50,596 bases of DNA from Candidatus Binataceae bacterium (GTDB taxonomy: Bacteria; Desulfobacterota; Binatia; Binatales; Binataceae), in assembly GCA_050010455.1 (NCBI GenBank), contig JBEKLA010000002.1, forward strand, positions 1-50,596. Reading direction: 5' to 3'. Of the stretch, positions 29,398-38,863 are shown piece by piece. Within the stretch, counting starts at the first letter, position 1; each line of letters begins with the position of its first letter. The notes below the pieces were generated by a model. It saw only the letters and a list, made by a program, of their open reading frames with translations. It was not told the DNA's origin and searched no databases. The translations under genes were made by a program, and so were the position numbers.

Positions 29398-29524
29398 CTG
29401 CGATTCCTAAGTCTGTCCAAGACATTAACGTTAACGTTGAGATCCCGCCCTCGATTGCGCTACCGACGGATCGTTCTGCACTCGAAGCAGCGATCCCCGA
29501 TCGCGCAGCCGTTCCACCAGCTCC

Positions 29525-29608
29525 TAACCTAGCGGTCAATGGCACACTTTTACCTTGCTCGATCGCAAAGTCAAGAGCCCGTCCGAGCGGTCAGTGACCG
29601 ATCGGTTA
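29525..29608 (-). promoter_or_regulatory. Putative tetR/hpn promoter with three palindromic operator-like 14-mers (29525-29538, 29580-29593, 29595-29608)
   Basis: TAACCTAGCGGTCA, CGTCCGAGCGGTCA and TGACCGATCGGTTA flank a minus-strand TTGACT (29574-29569) and a TAAAAGT -10-like element. Confidence 0.65.
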
Positions 29609-29646
29609 GGTTATCTACAGGCGTCGCGATTCAGGTTGGCGAGGTC

Positions 29647-30702
29647 TTAACTGCTCAAATCAATCGATGAGCCATCGGAATCATTAGATTGTCTTGCCGC
29701 GAGTATCAGAACTAAAGCTGTTCTCGCCTCTATGATATTGCTGGCGGCCGCACGCGGATTGGCGCCGGTCAACACGCTCTCGAACTCGGCGGCGAGATTA
29801 CCGAACCAGGCCGAATGATAGGAATCGTCGGGTGCGTCGGCGACCGACAGGTCTTCGCGCTTGCCTGACTGAGAGGTCAAAATGACGTGGTCGCCCTCGA
29901 TTTCCAGGATAGCCTTGCTGCCGTAAAGCATCGCCGACGTGCGGCGCACCGGCGCGCGCCACGACAGATGGACGTAACCGATTCGTCCGTCACCGAATCC
30001 GATGCCGAGGTCGGCAACCTCGTCGATTCCGCTTTCGCGATCGACGCCCAGGCGGGCGCTGATCGTCTCGGGCGCCCGATGGCCCATCAGCCAGTGCATC
30101 AGGTAGAAGATGTGCCATCCGTGATCGATCAGGATTCCGCCTCCGCTTGCCGCGCTGAGCCGCCACGGCGTCGTGCTCGGATGGCTCGCAGAGCTTCCGT
30201 GCGTGGATACCTCTGAAACGCCGCGTGCCTGTTCGGTTCGCAATCGGATCAGCGAGACATAGCGAAGCGCGCCGAGCCGGTCCTGAGCGACCAATTCGCC
30301 GGCCAATCGATAGGCCGGGGCATGCTTCCAGTTATGCACACAGAAGAGCGTGCGATTTCGCGAAGCGGCTAGCGCGGCCAAGCGGTCAAATTCTTCGAGG
30401 CTCAGGCAGAGCGGTTTTTCTATCAGCACGTGCACGCCCGCCTCCAGCGCCAGACGGGCAGCGGCGGGGTGATAAGCGGGTGGGCTTGCGATATCGAGGA
30501 AGTCGAGATGCTCGCCGTTGAGCATCAGTTCCAGATCCTCGTAGACCCGGACGTTGCGGATAAGTTTGAGCGCCTCGTGGCGCCGCTCGGCAAGCGGTTC
30601 GTGCACCGCGACGATTTCAACGTCCGGCCGCGTGCGCCATCCCGGCAGATGGCCCAGCGCCGCCACCTGGCCGAAACCCGATATCGCACCGCGCAGCTTC
30701 AT
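29647..30702 (-). CDS. Gfo/Idh/MocA family oxidoreductase
   Basis: ISGFGQVA..GH, HVLIEKPL, GGGILIDHGWH. Confidence 0.9.
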   Translation of the reverse strand: MKLRGAISGFGQVAALGHLPGWRTRPDVEIVAVHEPLAERRHEALKLIRNVRVYEDLELMLNGEHLDFLDIASPPAYHPAAARLALEAGVHVLIEKPLCLSLEEFDRLAALAASRNRTLFCVHNWKHAPAYRLAGELVAQDRLGALRYVSLIRLRTEQARGVSEVSTHGSSASHPSTTPWRLSAASGGGILIDHGWHIFYLMHWLMGHRAPETISARLGVDRESGIDEVADLGIGFGDGRIGYVHLSWRAPVRRTSAMLYGSKAILEIEGDHVILTSQSGKREDLSVADAPDDSYHSAWFGNLAAEFESVLTGANPRAAASNIIEARTALVLILAARQSNDSDGSSIDLSS

Positions 30703-30711
30703 CCGTTCGGT

Positions 30712-31581
30712 TCAGCGGCCAAGGCCCCACTGATGGGCCAGTTGTTCCAGCGCTTCTCCGGCGTTGCCCCGCTCCAGGCTCGGCGAATCGAGCACTAATC
30801 GATGGCAGCCCGCGTCACGGTACAAGGCGATCGCGCGTTGCGGATCGCCGTCGACTTGCGGGAAGTAGACCGAGATTTCCATACGGCTGAAATCGCGGCC
30901 CGCTTCAGCGCACATCTTTTTGAGCTTGGCGAGTTCCGTGGCCAGCCGATCGGGCGGCATTCTCAGCGGCGCCCATCCGTCGCCGATCGCAACCGTGTAT
31001 TTGAGCGCGCGATCCACGGGGCCGAGACCGCCCGCGCCGATATGAATCGGTGGATGCGGCTTTTGCGCCGGCTTCGGATAGGAGAACACCGGCGGAAACT
31101 TGACGAACTCGCCCTCGAAGGAGGCCTCGGGTTTGGTCCACAGCTCCTTCATCGCGCGGACGTAGTCGCGCGTGATGGCCCATCGCTTCGAGAAGTTGAC
31201 GCCCATGACCTCAGATTCGTCGATCAGCCATCCGGCGCCGATTCCGAGAATCAGGCGTCCGCCGCTGTAAAGGTCGAGCGTCGCGATTTCCTTGGCGAGG
31301 CCGATCGGCTCGTGCTCGGGTATCAAACAGACGCCGGTGCCGAGGATAAGTCGCTTGGTGGCGCTGGCGGCAAAGGCCAATCCGATGAACGGATCGACCA
31401 TGCGGGTATACATCTCCGGGATTTTGCCGTCGCCGACAGGGTAGGGCGTCTTGCAGTGAACGGGAATGATCGGATGCTCTGGAAGGAAGAACGACTCGAA
31501 GCCCAGCGCCTCGCATTTTTTCGCCACGGTTGCGGGATCGGGACTCTTGGGTGTGATCCAGGCCAGGATTCCGATTTTCAT
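30712..31581 (-). CDS. LLM-class (probably F420-dependent) oxidoreductase
   Basis: GFESFFLPEH, DPF, LGTGV, ATLD..SGGRLILGIGAGW, PKPAQKPHPPIHIG; start at ATG 31581. Confidence 0.9.
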   Translation of the reverse strand: MKIGILAWITPKSPDPATVAKKCEALGFESFFLPEHPIIPVHCKTPYPVGDGKIPEMYTRMVDPFIGLAFAASATKRLILGTGVCLIPEHEPIGLAKEIATLDLYSGGRLILGIGAGWLIDESEVMGVNFSKRWAITRDYVRAMKELWTKPEASFEGEFVKFPPVFSYPKPAQKPHPPIHIGAGGLGPVDRALKYTVAIGDGWAPLRMPPDRLATELAKLKKMCAEAGRDFSRMEISVYFPQVDGDPQRAIALYRDAGCHRLVLDSPSLERGNAGEALEQLAHQWGLGR

Positions 31582-31674
31582 ATGTCCTCCGCGCGGCATT
31601 CAGTGCCGCCCATTGAAATCGTGATGCTTGCTGGCGCGATCGCTGACCGCGTCACCATTGCGCCGCAGCGCCGA

Positions 31675-32154
31675 TCATTGACCGAAGCCGAAGAAATCCT
31701 TCGCGTAGATGAACTCGCCGACGCCCGCGTTGCGTGCGCATTCGGCGTCAACCTCCTGGTCGCCGACCATCGTCGATCCGGCCAGATCGATTCCGAAGGT
31801 CTTGGCGAGCTCTTTGATCATGCCGGGCTTGGGCTTGCGGCATTCGCATCCGTCGCTCGGCTGATGAGGACAGATCCGCCATCCGAACAGGACTCCGCCG
31901 AGTTGGCGATCGAGCTCGGTCATCGCGGCCTCGGCCTTTTCCACCGTGAAGCGGCCGCGTGCGACTCCGGCCTGATTGGTGACGACACAGATGAGGGCGT
32001 CGCGAATCGGACGAAGCTTGTCGGCCACTCCCGGCAGCAGCTCGATCTGGATATTGCCGGCGGCGTCCATCGGCAGTTCGCGGTTATGGTCAAACCTGAC
32101 CAGCGTTCCAACCAGATCGCAGAACAGCGCGCGGTTTCCGCTTTCGCCCGCCAT
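31675..32154 (-). CDS. HAD-IIIA phosphatase (GmhB/HisB-N-like)
   Basis: FCDLVGTLV, VTNQAGVARG, CPH..CECRKPKPGM, VGDQEVD. Confidence 0.88.
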   Translation of the reverse strand: MAGESGNRALFCDLVGTLVRFDHNRELPMDAAGNIQIELLPGVADKLRPIRDALICVVTNQAGVARGRFTVEKAEAAMTELDRQLGGVLFGWRICPHQPSDGCECRKPKPGMIKELAKTFGIDLAGSTMVGDQEVDAECARNAGVGEFIYAKDFFGFGQ

Positions 32155-32157
32155 TGC

Positions 32158-33522
32158 CTATGCCTCCGTCCGCCAGTCCAGATGGTCGCGCACGTAGGCG
32201 CACACTTCGTCGAGGATCGCGATCCCGGCCTCGGCCTGTGCTTCAGTAATCACCAGCGGTGGATTCAGCCGCACGTGCGGGAAGTAGCCCATCATCAGCA
32301 GGCCGCGCTTGAGCGCTTCCTTGAAGATGATTTCGGTTACTTTGCGGCTCATCTCGTGCTTGGTCTTGCGATCGCGCACCAGTTCGACTCCAATTAGCAA
32401 GCCGCGCCCGCGCACGTCGCCGATAAACTCGTACTTCTCTTTGAGTTCGAGCAGCCGCTTGAGCATCAGTGCGCCGACTTTGCGCGAGTTCTCGACCAGA
32501 TTGTCGCGTTGAATTGTGCGGATAGTTTCGGTTACGGCCACCGCTGCCAGCGGATTGCCGCCGTAACTCGACGAGGACGCGCTTGGCTTCGCAAACGGCT
32601 CCGCGGTAGCGAGGTCGTCGCCCAGAAGCACGCCCGAAACCGGATAACCCGAGCCCATGCCCTTGCCCACGGTCATGATATCGGGCTCGACGCCGCTATG
32701 TTCGACGCCCCACATCTTGCCGGTGCGTCCGAAGCCGGTGATCATTTCGTCGGCGATCAGCAGTGCGCCGTTGTCGCGCGCGATCTCTTTGACCGCGGGC
32801 AGGAAATCGTCGGGCGGAATCACGTTGCCGGCCGTGCCCTGGAACGGTTCGATAATCACCGCGGCCAGCGCGCCGCTCGAGCTATGCCTGAGCTGGTCAC
32901 GCGCGAACTCGACACAGAATAATCCGCACTCGGGATAATCGAGCTTGAACGGGCATCGATAACAATCGGCATACGGCACCGAGAACTGGCCGCCCGGCAG
33001 CGGCCCGTAGCCCCCCTTCGATTCGTCGCCGATCAGTCCGATAACGCCGCCAGTCTTGCCGTGGAAGCCGCCCCAGAAGCTCAGCACCTCGTGCTTCTTG
33101 GTGGCGCAGCGCGCCAGGCGCAAAGCCGCCTCGACCGCCTCGGCGCCGCCGCTATACAGATGGGAACGCTTGAGCCGGCCCGGCGCGACCTCGCCCAGCA
33201 GCCTGAAAACTTCCGCCCGCTCGGGCGTGGCGAAGGTGCCGACCATCAGGCGCGACGCTTGCGCCGATAACGCCTGAGCCAGACCCGGATGGCCGTGGCC
33301 GAGGGCCGCGACCGCGACGCCGGCAAAAAAATCGACGTAGACGTTGCCGTCCATGTCGGTCAGCGTCGCGCCGTCGCCGCGTTCGAAGGCGATACCCGCG
33401 AGCAGCGAAATGCGCTGGCGGCCAGGCGCAATATGACGCTGCTCGGCCTCGAATACTTGGCGCGACTTGGGGCCGGGAACCGGGACAGAAATCTTGGGAA
33501 GCTTTTCGCTTTTTACGCTCAT
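32158..33522 (-). CDS. Class III PLP-dependent aminotransferase
   Basis: [42 protein letters not shown] (PLP lysine), RGRGLLIG. Confidence 0.92.
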   Translation of the reverse strand: MSVKSEKLPKISVPVPGPKSRQVFEAEQRHIAPGRQRISLLAGIAFERGDGATLTDMDGNVYVDFFAGVAVAALGHGHPGLAQALSAQASRLMVGTFATPERAEVFRLLGEVAPGRLKRSHLYSGGAEAVEAALRLARCATKKHEVLSFWGGFHGKTGGVIGLIGDESKGGYGPLPGGQFSVPYADCYRCPFKLDYPECGLFCVEFARDQLRHSSSGALAAVIIEPFQGTAGNVIPPDDFLPAVKEIARDNGALLIADEMITGFGRTGKMWGVEHSGVEPDIMTVGKGMGSGYPVSGVLLGDDLATAEPFAKPSASSSSYGGNPLAAVAVTETIRTIQRDNLVENSRKVGALMLKRLLELKEKYEFIGDVRGRGLLIGVELVRDRKTKHEMSRKVTEIIFKEALKRGLLMMGYFPHVRLNPPLVITEAQAEAGIAILDEVCAYVRDHLDWRTEA

Positions 33523-33535
33523 CCTGTGCGGGTGC

Positions 33536-34396
33536 TCATCCTCGTGTGACCGGCACCCTTATTCCTTTCGATTTTGAAGCGGCGTGAGCATACAGATCGA
33601 GGCATCGGCGCGCGATCGCTTGCGCGGCCTGCGCGCGTACCCGGCTGAAGCTCGGCCAGTCGTTAAAATCAATGATCGTGAAACCACGGTCGTTTACTAT
33701 AGCGTCGCCGCCCCATATTTCGAGCCCCAAAGCTGAAGCGGCGGCCTTTGCGGCGTCGGCCAGGGCTTGTTCGATCGACGAGGGAAGCGTTCCGCCGTCG
33801 CTGACGGCGGCAAAATATCCGCCGCCGCTGACCCCGTAGAACTTAACCACCGCTCCGTCAACCGCCTGTTGCAAATAGGCGGATTTAACCCCACGCGCGG
33901 CAAAACGTTCGATCACGGAGTGAAGCCGATCCGCGCTTTCAACTTTGACCACGTCTTCGGCGGTGAGGGCGTGCAGATCGCCGCGCTTGACGAAAACGCC
34001 GGCGCCGAGATCGAAGCGAGCGATCGATTGCGGCTCGACTATCGCGGATGTCCTTACCAGCAAGCCTGCGGGAGTTGGCACATCGGCTGCCTCCAGCGCG
34101 GCGCCGAGCCGATCGCGATAGCAAGCGCGAATCGCGCGCGGCGAATTGATCACCAAACCGCTGATTTCCTCGAGCGCGGCGAGTTTGCTCAACGCTCGTT
34201 CGCTCTGGCACATCGCAAGCACGAGATCGTAGCGTGCGGGCGTGGCTGTGACGAAGCTGTCGGCGTCGAGCGCCGAGATCTGAGCTTGGTCCGCTTTGAA
34301 ATGATCCAGCACCGAATCGAGGATGCCGGCGTCGTCGCCGACTTTACCCGGCGAGAACTCGGTCTCGCGGTAAACTCCGAGGATTCGCAACGTCAT
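33536..34396 (-). CDS. ATP-grasp-like protein of unknown function
   Basis: VINS, VFVKRGD, YLQQAVDG..VKFYGV, GGDAIV, IIDFNDWPSF (RimK/Ddl-like pattern). Confidence 0.7.
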   Translation of the reverse strand: MTLRILGVYRETEFSPGKVGDDAGILDSVLDHFKADQAQISALDADSFVTATPARYDLVLAMCQSERALSKLAALEEISGLVINSPRAIRACYRDRLGAALEAADVPTPAGLLVRTSAIVEPQSIARFDLGAGVFVKRGDLHALTAEDVVKVESADRLHSVIERFAARGVKSAYLQQAVDGAVVKFYGVSGGGYFAAVSDGGTLPSSIEQALADAAKAAASALGLEIWGGDAIVNDRGFTIIDFNDWPSFSRVRAQAAQAIARRCLDLYAHAASKSKGIRVPVTRG

Positions 34397-35145
34397 CTGC
34401 CGCTCCGCGGCGCGGGAGCGCCTTGGCGCCGATTCTCGCCTTCCACCATCGCGCGCGCCGCTTCGAGGTCCGCGGCCTCATCGATATCTATCGTTTCGCC
34501 GAGTTCGATCGCTTTCAAACGCCGTCCGTTCGCGACCAGATAGGAAAGGAACTGCCGCAGCGCTCCGCATCCGGATTCGCGCGCTCGCGCTGCGAAGTCG
34601 AAGATGCGAGTCGAGAAAACGTACACTCCAGCAGTAACCATCGACGCACGCTCGTCACCGAACGATTCGATCAGACCGCTGTTCGAGACGCTGACGAAAA
34701 GCGGGCGATGGTCGCCGCGCCAGCGCACCACTCCGAGCACACCGTCGAGAGCAGGCTCGGACTCGACTATCGCGAACGCGCCACTCGCGAAGCGTTCGAG
34801 TTCGCCCGGCGCCGTTACCGCATCGACGGTGGTGAGCAGGAAATAGCCCGGCGCAAGCCGCTCGCCCAGCGCGAACAGCGTCTCCATCGAGTTTGGCGTA
34901 TCGCGCACCGAGAGCATCAAGCCGTCGGGAATTGCGATCGCGTTTGCTGCGCGCAATCGCTCGGTCTCCGAATTGATCACGGCCAACACGCGTTCCGCGC
35001 CTGCCGCGATCAGCGCGCGCGCCTGCCGTATCAGCATCGGCTGGCCGGCGATCTCGACCAGCGGTTTGGGCAGCGCTTGTCCGCCCGCGCGCAATCGCTC
35101 GCCGTGTCCCGCGGCGATTATCGCGCCCTCGAAGCGCGCTACCAT
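34393..35145 (-). CDS. Sugar/polyol-phosphate nucleotidyltransferase
   Basis: AIIAAGHGERL...PKPLV, TAGVY, DIDEAADL; start at ATG 35145. Confidence 0.85.
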   Translation of the reverse strand: MVARFEGAIIAAGHGERLRAGGQALPKPLVEIAGQPMLIRQARALIAAGAERVLAVINSETERLRAANAIAIPDGLMLSVRDTPNSMETLFALGERLAPGYFLLTTVDAVTAPGELERFASGAFAIVESEPALDGVLGVVRWRGDHRPLFVSVSNSGLIESFGDERASMVTAGVYVFSTRIFDFAARARESGCGALRQFLSYLVANGRRLKAIELGETIDIDEAADLEAARAMVEGENRRQGAPAPRSGR

Positions 35146-35879
35146 CGAAGCTCCGTCAATTCGCGCAACTCGCTGATGATGTGATCGACGAGGCTTGCGT
35201 CTGCCTCGCGAATGGCTCTGCCATCCGACGACGTCCTTAGCCACACCGCGCGCATGCCGAGGCGGCGCGCCGGGAGGCAATCCTTATCCAGGGAATCGCC
35301 GACGATCGCGACTTGCGCGGCCGGGAGCGCGAATGCCGTGAGCGCGGCCTCGAAGATGCGCGGATCGGGTTTGAAGAGATTCACGCGTGTCGAATCAATA
35401 ACGATCTCGAACAATTCGCCCATCCGCGCTTGCGCCAGGATGCGATCGAGATTGCCGTAGAAATTAGATATCACGCCGAGGCGGAAATCTCGCGCAAGGG
35501 TTGTGAGCACCTCGCGGCTCGACGCCAATCCGCGATTCGTCTCCTCGACGAAGCCGGCGCTGATTTTTTCCGCCAGCGCATCGCGCCCTCCGTCGGCCGC
35601 TCTGACTTGCGCGCGAACCGGCTCAGGCCCGCGGCTCGACAGGTAATCTAGCTGTGCATCGACCAGGAATCGCACGAGTTCGCCAAGTCCCCGCTCGCGC
35701 ATCGCCGGGCCCGCTCCATAGCCGGCGTCGGTGCCGCAGGCGAACGCCGGGTCAAGCTCCTCGCGGGTGATGACGACGCCGGCGCGGCGATAGTTCGCCA
35801 GGAAGCGATCGAGCCAGTGGCTGCCGGGCAAATCGATCGTGCCACCGAAGTCGAACAAAAGCGCGCTTGGAGTCTTCAC
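35139..35879 (-). CDS. HAD-family hydrolase
   Basis: LFDFGGTID, ISNFYGN, KPDPRIF, VGDSLDKD. Confidence 0.88.
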   Translation of the reverse strand: MKTPSALLFDFGGTIDLPGSHWLDRFLANYRRAGVVITREELDPAFACGTDAGYGAGPAMRERGLGELVRFLVDAQLDYLSSRGPEPVRAQVRAADGGRDALAEKISAGFVEETNRGLASSREVLTTLARDFRLGVISNFYGNLDRILAQARMGELFEIVIDSTRVNLFKPDPRIFEAALTAFALPAAQVAIVGDSLDKDCLPARRLGMRAVWLRTSSDGRAIREADASLVDHIISELRELTELRW

Positions 35880-36064
35880 GGTTGCGTAGACATTAGCAGT
35901 CAGTAATCTCCGCCTCTAGGCGGGTAGCCGCAGCTAATAGTATCGGATAGGCTCCAAGCTGTTTTTTGAATCGCGCGCGCCGACGATCCCGACTGGATTA
36001 AAATCGAGTTTGCGGCAACGAAACCCTCTTGCCGAGAGCCATTACTTGTAACAATACTGATATT

Positions 36065-36109
36065 CGACCGCTCGGTCAGCCTACGTTGATTTGCCTGACC
36101 GATTGGTCT
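36065..36109. promoter_or_regulatory. Two operator-like 14-mers in the divergent intergenic region (36065-36078, 36096-36109)
   Basis: CGACCGCTCGGTCA and TGACCGATTGGTCT match the palindrome upstream of tetR. Confidence 0.65.
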
Positions 36110-36154
36110 AGGAGGTGCGTCTAAAATGATTTATTACAAAGTTTCAAGAACGGC

Positions 36155-37345
36155 GTGAAAAACGCGCTAATCTTCTCCGCGCCTGCGGGCGCCCAGACGC
36201 TATTCGGTCGCCCTCTGCTTGAGCGCGCTTTGACTCACTGCGAGCGAGCGGGAATCGACCGTTTCTTCGTTATTTGTCCGATTGAGCAGAGCTCGCAGCT
36301 TTCCTCGACCCTCGGACGCTTCGAGCGCGACGCGCGATTGAAAATAGTCGACTCAACAGACAATGTATTGCTTGAACCGAGCAGCTTGAAGGAGCCGTGC
36401 CTGGCGATCGGTGCCGACGTAGTCTTTGCGCGCTCTCAGATCAATATGTTGTTGCGCCATAGCGAGGCCAATCCCGGCGAAATTGCACAGATTCCGGTCA
36501 AGGATGGCGGGCCGGATTCTGTCCTGGCGGTCGGGCCGCTCGGCGAGATGCTCAAACGATCCGGAGCGTCGAAATCGCTCGCTGCGGGTCTCGATGGGAC
36601 GCTGCCGTTCGCCCTCGAAGCTAACCCCGGAGCGAACGCGCGAGCGGAAGTGGCGATGGCGCGGGTGCTGCGCTTCGAAACGGTCGAAACCGACGGCCTG
36701 ATGGCGCGTATAATGGATCGCAAAATCTCGTGGCGGCTCAGTTATCAGCTGGCGCGAACCGCGGTGACACCGAATCAAATCACGATTGCCAACACCGTCT
36801 TCGGCCTGATCGCCGCCTGGATGTTTGCCGGACACGGATACTGGCTGCCCTTGCTCGGATCGCTGTTGTTCCTGGCGTCGGTGACGATCGACGGAGTGGA
36901 CGGCGAGGTCGCGCGGCTCAAGATGGCGGAGTCGCCATTCGGCAAGCGGCTCGACGTGATCACAGACAATATCGTCAACGTCGCGGTTCTGGCCGCTATA
37001 GGAATAGGATGTTATCGACACAGTGGCAGCAAGACCTACCTTTATCTGCTGCCATTGTTCCTCGGCGGTTTCGCATCTTGCGCGGTAGCCGTCCAGCGCG
37101 CGTTGAACGTATGTGGAGCGCAAGCCGAAGGCTGGATCGGGCAAGTGGAAAGAATCTGCGGGCGCGATTTCGCCTACCTGTTGGTGGTGATGGCGGCGAT
37201 TAACCGCCTCAACTTCGTCGCCTGGGGAACCGCTTTCGGCACCTATGTTTTCGCCATCGGATTGTCGTGGATGACGAACAACCACGTGCGGTTCGCGGCC
37301 GGCGTCGCCGCGCCTGAGCGGCCCGTGGCGGCAGAGGGATTATGA
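36155..37345 (+). CDS. CDP-alcohol phosphatidyltransferase with degenerate N-terminal nucleotidyltransferase-like domain
   Basis: TPNQIT, D..DGEVARLK..ESPFGKRLD..TD signature, TM helices; N-terminus LFGRPLLERAL..C.RAGI. Confidence 0.88.
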   Translation: MKNALIFSAPAGAQTLFGRPLLERALTHCERAGIDRFFVICPIEQSSQLSSTLGRFERDARLKIVDSTDNVLLEPSSLKEPCLAIGADVVFARSQINMLLRHSEANPGEIAQIPVKDGGPDSVLAVGPLGEMLKRSGASKSLAAGLDGTLPFALEANPGANARAEVAMARVLRFETVETDGLMARIMDRKISWRLSYQLARTAVTPNQITIANTVFGLIAAWMFAGHGYWLPLLGSLLFLASVTIDGVDGEVARLKMAESPFGKRLDVITDNIVNVAVLAAIGIGCYRHSGSKTYLYLLPLFLGGFASCAVAVQRALNVCGAQAEGWIGQVERICGRDFAYLLVVMAAINRLNFVAWGTAFGTYVFAIGLSWMTNNHVRFAAGVAAPERPVAAEGL

Positions 37346-38670
37346 ATAAAAAACCGAGGATTCTCCTCGTTCAACCTACAACGGTTCATCTCGACGGCAC
37401 GCCCCATAAGACGCGATGGCGGCTGATCATGGGGCTGATGATCCCGCTGATAGCGGGACTAACCCCTGAGGATTTCGACGTTACGCTGTGCGACGAACGG
37501 CTCGAGGAGATCGACTTCGACGCCGGATGGGATCTGGTCGGCATGACCACCACGATCGGGGCGTCGCTGCGCGCCTACCAGCTCGGCGACGAATTCCGCA
37601 AACGCGGCATCCCGGTGGTGATGGGGGGCTTTCACGCCACGCTCCAGACCGACGAGGCGCTCAAGCACGCCGACGCGGTGGTGCAGGGCGAAGCCGACAC
37701 GGTGTGGGAGCCGCTGCTGCGCGATTGGCAGGACGGCAAGCTCAAGCAAATTTACAAGGCCGACAAGCTCCACGATTTGAAGAACCTGCCGCGCCCGCGC
37801 CACGAGTTGCTGAAGCTCAACCGTTACCTGTTCAAGGCGGTGCCGATTCAGGCCAGTCGCGGATGTCCCTATCGATGCTCGTTCTGCGAGATTCCGGTCT
37901 TTTACGACGGCTCGTACCGCACCCGCCCGATCGGGGATATCATTGAAGAAATCAAACAGGTGATGGAAATCACTGGCTTTCGCCGCTTCCAGTTTATCGA
38001 CGATCAGATCACCGGCAAGCACAAGTTTGCACGCGAGCTGTTCCGCGCCCTGGAGCCGCTCAACATCCGCTTCTCGTGTCTGTGGACGATCAATTCCAAT
38101 CACGACGACGAGCTGCTCGAACTGGCGGCCAAGGCCGGCGTCTTCCACGTCAATATCGGCGTGGAATCGATCAGCCAGGACAGCCTGATGTCGATGAACA
38201 AGATTCAAAATCACGCCAAGCAGTACAAGGAACTGCTCGCCAAGCTGAAGCGGTACGGAATCTACTACTCGCTCAATTTCCTGTTCGGGCTGGAGAACGA
38301 CGGTCCCACGATCTTCGACGATACGCTCAAGTTCCTGGACGAGGTCAAGGCGCCCGAGGCGTTCTTCAACACCGTCACACCGCGCCGGGGCACTCCGATG
38401 CGCCAGCAGCTCGAGGACGAGGACCGCGTCATCATTCCCGACGCCGACATGTACACCAACAACTTCCGCTGCATGTTCGTGCCCAGGAATCTCTCGCCGC
38501 AGGAGGTCGAAGAGGGCGTGTGGCGGTGCAACACCGAATTCTATTCGCTCAAGTCGATGTTCAAGCGGCTGCTGATGCCGCCCAGCAAATTCACCTGGCA
38601 GGGGCTTACCGAGAACGCGCTGTTTTACTGGGGCGCCAAGCAGCGAATCGATCCGGTCGATTATTACTGA
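37342..38670 (+). CDS. B12-binding-domain radical SAM protein
   Basis: GIPVVMGGFHAT..GEAD cobalamin-binding region, SRGCPYRCSFC CxxxCxxC, FIDD, GVES; start overlaps upstream stop. Confidence 0.92.
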   Translation: MNKKPRILLVQPTTVHLDGTPHKTRWRLIMGLMIPLIAGLTPEDFDVTLCDERLEEIDFDAGWDLVGMTTTIGASLRAYQLGDEFRKRGIPVVMGGFHATLQTDEALKHADAVVQGEADTVWEPLLRDWQDGKLKQIYKADKLHDLKNLPRPRHELLKLNRYLFKAVPIQASRGCPYRCSFCEIPVFYDGSYRTRPIGDIIEEIKQVMEITGFRRFQFIDDQITGKHKFARELFRALEPLNIRFSCLWTINSNHDDELLELAAKAGVFHVNIGVESISQDSLMSMNKIQNHAKQYKELLAKLKRYGIYYSLNFLFGLENDGPTIFDDTLKFLDEVKAPEAFFNTVTPRRGTPMRQQLEDEDRVIIPDADMYTNNFRCMFVPRNLSPQEVEEGVWRCNTEFYSLKSMFKRLLMPPSKFTWQGLTENALFYWGAKQRIDPVDYY

Positions 38671-38697
38671 GCCTCAGCGCGGCTCCGAGTCGAAATC

Positions 38698-38733
38698 GAA
38701 GGCCGGCGGCAACTTTTGTGGCCGCCGGCCTTC
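38698..38733. terminator. Strong hairpin after the radical SAM gene (probable intrinsic terminator)
   Basis: Perfect 13-bp inverted repeat GAAGGCCGGCGGC / GCCGCCGGCCTTC with a 10-nt loop. Confidence 0.65.
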
Positions 38734-38863
38734 ATCATGTGCGCCAAGAAAGCTACTTTTCTCTTTGCGTCGAAGAATCTCGCGCTGCAGCCGACGATCT
38801 CAAGGCGAGAAGCTTCATAACTCGACTATGGGCTCGTCGCTCGTTTCCTGCTAGCCAGATCCT

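Noticed and set aside
29425-29438. TTAACGTTAACGTT overlapping palindrome just upstream of tetR
   Set aside because: Short, single occurrence and unrelated to the five-copy motif; not enough support for a site
30802-32397. 531-aa plus-strand ORF
   Set aside because: Antisense to three well-supported minus-strand genes
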